64,000 nucleotides of DNA from Candidatus Thermosaccharophagus tengchongensis. GTDB taxonomy: Bacteria; Armatimonadota; Fervidibacteria; Fervidibacterales; Thermosaccharophagaceae. The notes beneath the pieces were generated by a model. The model saw only the letters and a program-made list of their open reading frames with translations, had not been told where the DNA came from and ran no database searches. Made by a program: the position numbers and the translations under genes. Positions within the stretch are counted from its first letter, which is position 1, and every line of letters begins with the position of its first letter. Positions 19,513 to 28,100 of this stretch are shown piece after piece. The stretch lies in the NCBI GenBank assembly GCA_032161105.1, contig JAVHTD010000002.1. One strand, written 5' to 3'.

Positions 19513-20730
19513 ATGGATGAGAAACAAAAAAAGCTGCTCATCATTTGGGCGGGGGTATTACTTCCGTTGCTCATAGTCGCTATCGTTTCAGCTATCCTCC
19601 TCAGTAAGCCAAAGGGTTTTGGTGAAGGTCCATCACCATCGGGTCCTTCAGAGATGAGCGAAGAGAGCAGCAAAGCGCCATCGGAGGGGGCTACACATGT
19701 TTCATCGCCCAGTCCACCGTCATCAATGATGCCCAGCAGTCAGCCACCGCCAGAACCATCACCACCAGGTGGTCAACCACCGCAAGGTGTATCAGCACCC
19801 CCCGGCGGTATGATGCCTATGGGAGGAGCAGGAACTGCTCCTCAACCACAGGCAGCTCAAGCTGCACCCGGTGAAAAGTTGCAAGAGCCCGGTTATGAGA
19901 GCAGTGCCGATCCGTTCGCTCCCATCTATCAGCCCAGAAAGGAAACCCCTGAGCGCCCAAGATATGCTATGGTCCTTCAGCCAGCGTCCCCACCGGAGGA
20001 GAAGGCGCTAAAGAGAATTCAATGGGATACTGCGGGGCTACCGTTGCTCAATGTGGATGTTACTCCAACTGGTCCTGAGTATTGGACTGCTGAAGGTAGG
20101 AGGAATTTGCGCGGTAAGCGACCAGAGAAAGAAGAGCGTGCTCACGAGCCTTTGGAAGCGCCATATCGCATGGCGGGTGTTCTCATTGATAGCAGTCGTG
20201 TGCATGCAATACTTGAAGCCAATGAGCGTGATCACGGTGTTGTGCGTGCTGGTGATAGTTTACCGTTGAGCGTATTGCCTGCACCCGGGATTGAAAGGAG
20301 CGAAGTGCGTGTGGTGCGCATTGAGCGTGACCGGATGCTGGTTGAAGATGTGGATGGGCAATTGAAGTATGTTAGAATGCGCCCAGCCGGCGCAAGACCA
20401 ACAACTGGGGCTCCGGGCATGCCCGGTGCAATTGGTGCGCCTGGTGGTGAGATGCCACAACCATGGATGCAACCCGGTGGGATGCCGCAACCATGGATGC
20501 AACCCGGTGGAATGCCACAACCGTGGATGCCGCCCGGTGGGATGCCACAACCTGAAGCAGGTTGGATGCCTCCTGGTGGTCCACCAATGCAGCCATGGAT
20601 GCAACCCGGCGGACAACCGTGGATGCAACCGGGTCCACAACAACCCACAACTCCGGGTGTTCGTCCGGGTCAACCTGGTGGCAGGCGACCTTTCATAAGG
20701 AGACCACAGCAACCACGACCAGAGGAATGA
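19513..20730 (+). CDS. Membrane-anchored Pro-rich pilus-associated protein (PilP/PilW position)
   Basis: N-terminal TM, 'ADPFAP', beta-domain 'RMAGVL...AILE...VVRAGD...VVRIERD' typical of PilP/GspC HR folds; lies between pilO and the secretin. Start could also be 19474. Confidence 0.6.
   Translation: MDEKQKKLLIIWAGVLLPLLIVAIVSAILLSKPKGFGEGPSPSGPSEMSEESSKAPSEGATHVSSPSPPSSMMPSSQPPPEPSPPGGQPPQGVSAPPGGMMPMGGAGTAPQPQAAQAAPGEKLQEPGYESSADPFAPIYQPRKETPERPRYAMVLQPASPPEEKALKRIQWDTAGLPLLNVDVTPTGPEYWTAEGRRNLRGKRPEKEERAHEPLEAPYRMAGVLIDSSRVHAILEANERDHGVVRAGDSLPLSVLPAPGIERSEVRVVRIERDRMLVEDVDGQLKYVRMRPAGARPTTGAPGMPGAIGAPGGEMPQPWMQPGGMPQPWMQPGGMPQPWMPPGGMPQPEAGWMPPGGPPMQPWMQPGGQPWMQPGPQQPTTPGVRPGQPGGRRPFIRRPQQPRPEE
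20452..20633 (+). repeat. 30-nt tandem repeat encoding (MPQPWMQPGG)n
   Basis: Units at 20452, 20482, 20512 and partial 20542, with degenerate QPWMQPG copies to about 20633. Confidence 0.85.
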
Positions 20731-20759
20731 TGAATGATGTTAAAGCTGCAGTTGCTGGG

Positions 20760-20789
20760 TTGACATGCAGGTGGGCTGAATGGAACAAT
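20760..20789 (+). promoter_or_regulatory. Possible internal promoter ahead of the secretin genes
   Basis: TTGACA, 18-nt spacer ending TGG, AACAAT; same spacing as the pilM promoter. Confidence 0.3.
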
Positions 20790-20868
20790 TTAAGTGTGAG
20801 AGCATCTAATGATATGGATGCCGTTAAGGCAAAGGATGCAGCCGCACGAAATTTGGAGGTGAAGAAGC

Positions 20869-21867
20869 ATGGAGCGTATCAAGGTGCTCTGTGTAGCAAT
20901 AAGCGCGATCCTTGTGCTCGGAGTGTGGTCACTCGCGCATGCTCAGATCAAAGGTCTGGATGAGCCAATTGGGGAGGCATTTGATTTGCAAGATGCAACG
21001 GTGCAGGACGCCATTGATGCCCTGTTTAAGGACACCGGTGTCAACTACATGATTGACCCACGAGTGCAAGGTCTTGTGACGCTTAAGGTTAAGGGATTGC
21101 CTCGGAAGCGAGTTCTTGACTTAATTTGCGACCGCGTTGGTGCTGAATGGTTTGTGGAAAATGATGTGGTGCGAATTCGCCCGAAGCAGCAACCTCTACC
21201 TCAACCACAACAGCCACAGTTTGGTCCTGCTCCCTTCGGACCTGCACAGGGGCAACCCCCTGTAGGAGGTCCGTTCCCACCGGGTGCTGAGGCTCCAGTT
21301 CAACCTGGGCAACAGATGATGGCTCAAATGCCGGTGATGGAAGGGGCAGCAGTTGGAAGGCGCGCTGCTCCAGCAGTTGGCGGAATTGCAACTGCTGAGG
21401 AAGCTGAGCCGCAGGAATACATCTGGGCACGCATACCGTTGCGCTTCACTGATGCAATAATGGTTGCACAAATGCTTGGCGGTCAGGTGATAACGCCAAC
21501 TGGTGGCACACTCGGTGGCGGGCAGCAGGGTGGATTTGGTGGAGGTTTTGGTGGACTTGGTGGTTGGGGAGGCGGACTTGGCGGACTCGGTGGGCTTGGT
21601 GGGTTTGGTGGCTGGGGAGGCGGACTTGGTGGTTGGGGAGGTTTTGGTGGACTTGGTGGTTGGGGAGGTTTTGGCGGACTCGGTGGTTTTGGTGGACTTG
21701 GTGGGTTTGGTGGTTGGGGAGGCGGACTTGGTGGTTGGGGAGGTTTTGGTGGACTCGGTGGTTGGGGAGGTTTTGGTGGACTCGGTGGTTGGGGAGGTTT
21801 TGGCGGACTCGGTGGCTGGGGAGGCGGCTGGAGAGGCGGTTGGGGAGGCAGAGGTTGGAGGAGATAG
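20869..21867 (+). CDS. Secreted secretin-N-domain protein without a barrel, with a Gly/Trp-rich tail
   Basis: Signal peptide; STN/N0-like 'FDLQDATVQDAIDALF...YMIDPRVQGLVTL'; N-domain start 'IPLRFTDAIMVAQMLGG'; about 115-aa (GGx)n tail. Confidence 0.7.
   Translation: MERIKVLCVAISAILVLGVWSLAHAQIKGLDEPIGEAFDLQDATVQDAIDALFKDTGVNYMIDPRVQGLVTLKVKGLPRKRVLDLICDRVGAEWFVENDVVRIRPKQQPLPQPQQPQFGPAPFGPAQGQPPVGGPFPPGAEAPVQPGQQMMAQMPVMEGAAVGRRAAPAVGGIATAEEAEPQEYIWARIPLRFTDAIMVAQMLGGQVITPTGGTLGGGQQGGFGGGFGGLGGWGGGLGGLGGLGGFGGWGGGLGGWGGFGGLGGWGGFGGLGGFGGLGGFGGWGGGLGGWGGFGGLGGWGGFGGLGGWGGFGGLGGWGGGWRGGWGGRGWRR
21503..21860 (+). repeat. G-rich low-complexity array encoding (GGF/GGL/GGW)n
   Basis: 9-nt units with 27-nt periodicity (ggaggttttggtggactcggtggttgg-like). 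Confidence 0.9.
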
Positions 21868-22010
21868 GTCACGCTTCCTTAACCGTAAAGGACGAGATAG
21901 ATGGAAGTTGCAACGACATTAGTGGTATACATAGTTGCTTTAGTGATCGGCGATTTAATTGCTGTGGCGGTGGGCATTGTTTCGCCCGCAGATATGGGGA
22001 GGTGAGGTAA

Positions 22011-23765
22011 GTGTGTAGAAGCCGATGGTTGCCGTTGCTGCTGTTTTTATTCTATGGCTTGATGAGCGGCATTATGGTCAAAGGGGCAAATGAAGGTGAG
22101 GGTGAGCCAGTCATACTGCAACTTGAGCTTGAAGATGCAACTGTAGCGGATGCATGTCAGATGGTCTTCCAACAAACCGAGGCGCAATACTATATCACTT
22201 TGGAAGCCCGCAACAGGCGTGTTGGGAGATTGTCCATACGCAATATGCGCCTGAGCGAGGTGTTGGACTACATCGTTAAACCGACTGGCTTATACTGGTG
22301 GCGCGACAAAAGCGGTGTTTTCATTATCTCTGACAAGCCGCCAGCTGAAGAGCCGCTTCAAAAGCCGCAAGTTGGCAAACCCGAAAAGCCACAGGAACCA
22401 GAAGTTGTTGAAGAGCCGATTAAGCCGTCGCATGTTGCACCGCCGGTTGTTGAGCAAGAGAGTGAACCGCCAGTTCTTCCAAGACTTGTTACAAGTGAGG
22501 AGTTAAAGGAACGCATACAGCAAGAACAGCCCCGCGTTACATTCGGCGTTATAAGGCTCAAGTTCTTGGATGCACTTCATGTTGCGCAAATGCTCGGGGC
22601 ACGCGTATCGGTCCTTTCACCAATGGCTTCAATTCAACAAGCTTTGGGCAATCCGATGGGAATGACATTGCCATATCCTCCGGCACCGATGTTGCAAATG
22701 CTTGATCGGATGGGAGTGACAAATGCTCTTGGTCTGCAAAGACAGGTTCCAAACCAAGTTGGCACTTATGGCTTCATCCCCACTTATGGCGTGTATGAAG
22801 GCAATCTAACTCGCGGCGAATTTTTGCAGGCGGTGCCGGGTGCCCCACCAGGTGCACCTGGTGCGGTTCCGGGTGCACCGGCTCCGGGTGCGGGTGTGTT
22901 CCAAATTCCGGGCATTCAACAGATCCTCGTCGTCAGCACTGTTAATGCGCTTATCGTTTATGGCACTCCGGAGGCAATTGAGCAACTTCGCCAGCTCATT
23001 GATTTGATTGACATCCCCCCAGACCAGATTGAAATTGAATCGCAATTTGTCGCTCTCCAGAGGAACGCACAACAGGCACTCGGAATTAACTGGGCAGTTG
23101 GTGGTGACGATGTTGTTGTTGCCACTTCTGGCATGCCCGGCGGAACGCAGTTCACTATCGGATTTGTGCGCGGCAACTTGAGGGCGACGCTCGGCGTGTT
23201 GCTGAGCCGCGGCGAGGGTAAGGTCTTAAGGGCACCACGCGTCGTCACAACCAACAATCAACCTGCGTCGATCATGTTCTCAACAATTCAACCCGTCTTC
23301 ATGGACATGCTTCAAGTTGACCAATTTGGAAACCCGATAAGGATAACTCTCCCTGTTCCAATGCAAATACCAGTTGGCTTTATCGTGCTCCCGAGGGTCA
23401 ACGCAGATATGAGCGTCACAATCTTCATCACGCCAATGATTGCGGAGATAACGGGTTATGTTACTAACCCAATTGGTGGCTCCGTTCCAATATTTACGAC
23501 TGCATCAACGACAGCCTATTTAACGGTGCGTGATGGCGAAAGCTTCGCCATCGGCGGGTTAACTCGCGGCAGCTCAAGCACAGCTATAACAGAAGTGCCA
23601 TTGCTGGCTCGCCTGCCGATCATTGGCGAGGTTTTCAAGGGCAAGCAAAAGCAGCGTTCCGAAGAGGACATGATCATCTTCGTCACACCGCATGTGATCA
23701 GGCTGTGGCCTGAGTATTCTGAGGAGGCTCTCGGTCTTCGCATAAGGGGTGCTCCGGGCGGATAG
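22011..23765 (+). CDS. pilQ: Secretin (PilQ/GspD family)
   Basis: Signal peptide, STN, 'NALIVYGTPEAIEQLRQLIDLIDIPPDQIEIESQFV', 'LRAPRVVTTNNQPA', 'VRDGESFAIGGL', 'VPLLARLPIIGEVF', 'IIFVTPHVI'. It ends a pilMNO operon followed by aroC. Confidence 0.85.
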   Translation: MCRSRWLPLLLFLFYGLMSGIMVKGANEGEGEPVILQLELEDATVADACQMVFQQTEAQYYITLEARNRRVGRLSIRNMRLSEVLDYIVKPTGLYWWRDKSGVFIISDKPPAEEPLQKPQVGKPEKPQEPEVVEEPIKPSHVAPPVVEQESEPPVLPRLVTSEELKERIQQEQPRVTFGVIRLKFLDALHVAQMLGARVSVLSPMASIQQALGNPMGMTLPYPPAPMLQMLDRMGVTNALGLQRQVPNQVGTYGFIPTYGVYEGNLTRGEFLQAVPGAPPGAPGAVPGAPAPGAGVFQIPGIQQILVVSTVNALIVYGTPEAIEQLRQLIDLIDIPPDQIEIESQFVALQRNAQQALGINWAVGGDDVVVATSGMPGGTQFTIGFVRGNLRATLGVLLSRGEGKVLRAPRVVTTNNQPASIMFSTIQPVFMDMLQVDQFGNPIRITLPVPMQIPVGFIVLPRVNADMSVTIFITPMIAEITGYVTNPIGGSVPIFTTASTTAYLTVRDGESFAIGGLTRGSSSTAITEVPLLARLPIIGEVFKGKQKQRSEEDMIIFVTPHVIRLWPEYSEEALGLRIRGAPGG

Positions 23766-23918
23766 CAGAGCTCACCCATCGGCAGTGTGGTGACTTTACC
23801 CTCGCACTTTTGCTCTCACGGGATTAACCTCATTTCGCCCCATTGCGCTGCCCTCGCGTTACACTCCAAATACAGCGATTGCTACCTCATCAGAACTGCC
23901 ATAAGAGAGTGTTGAAAA

Positions 23919-25139
23919 ATGCTTGTGCGCTTTCGTTTCTTTACAGCGGGTGAGTCGCACGGTCAATGCCTCTTAGCCATCGTTGATGGTGTGCCATCTG
24001 GGCTTGAGCTCTCAGCCAAATACATCAACGACGAACTTCGCCGACGCCAAGTCGGCTATGGACGCAGTGAGCGGATGAGGATTGAATGCGATGAAGTTGA
24101 GCTGCTTTCCGGCGTCCGGCATGGAAGGACGATTGGTGGTCCGATAGCGATGCGCATAGTCAATCGCGATTACGAGAATTGGAAGCTTGCAATGCAGCCG
24201 GAGGCATTAAATGGGCAGTTCAGCGACGATGAATTGAGGCGCTTCTTTGTGCCTCGTCCGGGACACGCTGACTTTGCTGGCGCAATCAAATATGCTCACC
24301 TTGATGATTTGCGAAATGTGCTTGAGCGAGCCAGCGCGAGGGAAACTGCAGCTCGCGTTGCCGTTGGAGCTGTGGCAAAGAGACTGTGTGAGGAAATTGG
24401 GATAACCATATTCAGCCATGTGGTTGCCATAGGTCCGATAAGTGTGAATGCGCATGAGCGAATGCCGATTGAGATGGTGAGAGAGCTTGCCGAAAAATCC
24501 GAACTGCGTTGTGCCGACGCAGACGCAGAGGCTAAGATGAAAGCGGTCATTGACGAGGCTGCCGAGCGTGGAGATAGCGTTGGCGGCATCTTTGAAGTCA
24601 TAGCCTGTGGCGTTCCAATTGGTTTGGGTAGCTATTCTCAATGGGACAGAAGGCTTGATGCAAGGCTTGCATGCGCCGTGATGAGCATTCAGGGCATTAA
24701 GGGAGTTGAGATTGGGCTCGGTTTCAACTCGGCAAAGCGGTTTGGGTCTGAGGTGCACGATGAGTTTCTTGAGCCGCAAGTTGATGTTGAAGGTTCCATT
24801 GTTTTCATTCGCCGGACAAACAATGCGGGTGGAATTGAGGGCGGCGTCAGCAATGGCATGCCGATACTTGTGCGTGCAGCAATGAAGCCGATTGCGACTT
24901 TGAAGAAGCCGCTGCGGTCAATTGACCTGAGAACGCTCAAGCCGGCACAAAGCCATTTTGAGCGTGCAGATGTATGCGCCGTTCCAGCAGCTGCAGTTGT
25001 AGGTGAAGCCATGGTGGCGATAGTGCTCGTTGATGCTGTGCTTGAGAAGTTCGGTGGAGATAGCGTTGACGAGCTCAAGCGCAATGTCAAAGCTTATAAT
25101 GAGTGGTTACAAGGTGAGCTTCGCGGGCGGCTTCAATAA
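23919..25139 (+). CDS. aroC: Chorismate synthase
   Basis: 'TAGESHG', 'PRPGHAD', 'ERASARETA', 'NNAGGIEGG', 'MKPIATL'. Confidence 0.97.
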   Translation: MLVRFRFFTAGESHGQCLLAIVDGVPSGLELSAKYINDELRRRQVGYGRSERMRIECDEVELLSGVRHGRTIGGPIAMRIVNRDYENWKLAMQPEALNGQFSDDELRRFFVPRPGHADFAGAIKYAHLDDLRNVLERASARETAARVAVGAVAKRLCEEIGITIFSHVVAIGPISVNAHERMPIEMVRELAEKSELRCADADAEAKMKAVIDEAAERGDSVGGIFEVIACGVPIGLGSYSQWDRRLDARLACAVMSIQGIKGVEIGLGFNSAKRFGSEVHDEFLEPQVDVEGSIVFIRRTNNAGGIEGGVSNGMPILVRAAMKPIATLKKPLRSIDLRTLKPAQSHFERADVCAVPAAAVVGEAMVAIVLVDAVLEKFGGDSVDELKRNVKAYNEWLQGELRGRLQ

Positions 25140-25182
25140 GCACGACTAATTTTCAGCATGTGAGCGCGTGGAGGTGAGGTGA

Positions 25183-28100
25183 ATGAGGCGCATCAGGGGG
25201 AGGCATCTCATAGCTATTTGGGTTGCATTCGTTTTTTGTGCGGCGCTTTGCCATAGGGTTATAGCGGCACAACTGCCAAAGACGGTTTTCTCGCTGCCGA
25301 TCGCAGGCACAACTTCGGTTTGGGAGGCTGAGCACGCCATCAAAGTTGGCTCGGCGGATTGGGAGGTGCGTAAGGAGGCAAGGGCAAGCGGTGGAGCTTA
25401 TGTGAAGGCTGTCAATGCTGGGAGAAATGTCATGCTTGAGTTCCCGGTGAGCGTCCCAAACGAGTCAACCATCATGGTCTATCCACTCTGGTGGAAACAT
25501 AGCGAGCAGATGCCCGCAAGGCGCTTCCCATACCCGATTGAGCGGAAGAGCGGTCCGGATGTGATAGTGGAGCTTGGGAGGAACTTGGCGCTGTTTACAG
25601 CGCCCATAAGCGGGCGTGTGGGCATCTTTGACATCGCTGCAAGGCGACCGATAGGGGCGATTGACATCGGTGGGTATCTAAGCGACATTGCAGTTGATAC
25701 GCAGCGGGGCAAGTTCTATGTCGCCGATGCGGTTGGGAGCCGCATTGTTATTGGGAGCACACGCAGCCTCAGCATTATCGGTGAGATTAAAGTTCCGCAA
25801 GTGCCTTGGTCGCTGTCGTCCTCGGATGGCATGCTGTATTGCGCTTCAAGGGATGGAATGAGCATCACCGCAATTGATGCAGCGACTGATAAAGTTGTGG
25901 CAGAGGCGAAGCTCGACTGGATGCCAATAGGCGTGAGTGCTGCGGGGAAGGAAGTGTTGGTTTGGTTTAAATCGGCCATGGTGGACTTGGCGAGCATGAG
26001 GCTCGTTGAGCCATGGCGAGAGCTTGATTTGCTGAGGAGGCATGAATCCATTGAAGTTGGCAGACCGGGCACAGTTGGCGCAAGGCGTTATTCGGGGTTG
26101 CAAGACGCCATTGTCATTGAAGCGTGGACTGAAAAGGGATATGAGCAGAGAAAGGTGGATGTAAAGCAAGTCACCGGTGAGAAGAGCATCTTTGAGGATG
26201 TGAAGCCGCCGCTGTTCAAAAGCGCTGGTCCGGATGCTATGTGCCTCATCGGTAGCAGGTTGTTTTTCACATCGCCGATAACCGGCAAGGTTGGCGTTGT
26301 GGATGTCGTGAAGGGGACATTAGAGGGAGCCGTTGATGTTGGGGGCTATATATCCGACATAGTTGCCGATGCGCCGCGAAATAGGGTTCTCGTTGCTGAT
26401 GCAACGAACAACCGAGTTGTGGTAATTGATGCGAAGGATTTGAAGGTGACCGGATCTGTGAAAGTGGATGAGCTGCCAGTTATGCTTGAGGCGTTCATAC
26501 CGCCGGGTTTCCTCAGAGGTGCTCCATCATTGCTGTTCGTAGCATGCTGGCGTGGAAGGACGGTTATGGCATTTGACCTTTCGTCACTCAACCTGCAATC
26601 CGCGATCAAACTGTCATTTGAACCGTATCACTTGATGGTGTTTAATCCGCCCAGTCCGGATTGGTGGCCGCTGATACCGATTGACAGGTTGTCATTCACT
26701 GCGCTTAGAGCGGGCTTGTTCATCACGCCGGCACCAATCGGGCTGAGCCGTGATGAACTGAAGCACACACGCATCATTGTCCCACCGCCACAATATAGAC
26801 GAAGGGTCAGCATCACTCGTGAGGTAGTAAAGGGCGTTGAGCAAGTCATCTCCGTTGAAAACAACCACACAGTGCGAATTGCGTTGAGAGATGCACAGCG
26901 CGGTTACCTTACCAGTGAGTGGGTTGATGTTAGCGATATCACTGACCATCAACTCCTGCCAAGCGATGCCCCTTTGACACAGCTTGACAAGCCGGGCACG
27001 ATAACGATTGCGCTTGATGACGGACCTGAATTTCACTGGCGGAGGGAGATATGGCAAACACCAACACAGGGCATATTCCTCGTGAATGAGACGGACGAGT
27101 TCTGGGCATGGAATGCGCCCAAGTTTAGGCTCACCCCGGGAAGGCATGTTATTAGGGTGAGGGCATACAGCAAGTATGCGCAGCTTGACGCTTTGCGCGT
27201 CAGGAAAACCCTTCATGGCATGGTTCGCATGGAAATTTACGGCTACCGTGAAACGCCGATGGAGCAACGCCGTTATCAATCCGTCTTCTATGCTGATGAG
27301 CCAGTCGAACTGCGAATTGAATTGAGCAACTTGCTCAGGAGGACACAAAAGCTCAACCTCGGCTTCACCATATCCGATTACATGGGCAAGGAAGTGGTGA
27401 GCGGTAGACGGATAGTGGAGCTTGAACCGTATGAAAAGCGTGTTGAGGTGATACAACCAAGGCTTGACGGGACTGGCATCTTTTCGTTATATGTGCGCTT
27501 GAGTTCGTTTGACGGCGACATGTCTGAGACGCATTACTTTATGCGCCTGCCACAGCTCACACGCCCAAGGATGCTCTTGAGAAGGGAGCACATTCCTGAT
27601 GTTGAGAAGCGCATGCAAGGTTATGCCAGATTGTTTGAGCGCTACTTCCAATGGCTTCGCAGGCAGTGCGATAGGGAAGGCTTCCTCCCAGCTGGAATAA
27701 CGAAAGCGACATTCGGACCAAAGCTCCCAGAGGCGCAGCAGAAGCTGTCAGAGAAGGGCACTTGGAGAAGGTATGAACTTGGCTGGCGCATGGCTATAAC
27801 TGGCTTTGCAAGCCTCTTTGCGAGGGAGCCATCACTGCGTCAGTTTTTCATGGAGCGCGTTTTGGAATTGCTCAAGGATGGGCGAGCCGACCCTTATTGC
27901 ACATTTCACCATCATGGTCCGTTCTTCCCGGGTGCAGTGGCTATCTTATTTGACTTTGCGGCAGCTTCCCTCGGCGATGTGCCTGAGGTGCAGCGCCTGC
28001 GCGATTTCTTCCGAGGCTACATCGGCAACATGGATGTTTTCCCTTGGACGCTCGCTGCCCTTGATGAGCCACTCTCAGTCAGAGATAGAGCCATCCTTTG

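Noticed and set aside
20232..20712. Cys/His-rich repetitive ORFs and a possible CRISPR-like array
   Set aside because: Alternative frames of the 30-nt coding repeat; the units are contiguous with no unique spacers.
21483..22010. Pro-rich minus-strand ORF and Trp/Arg- or Val-rich alternative-frame ORFs
   Set aside because: Shadow frames of the (GGx)n repeat.
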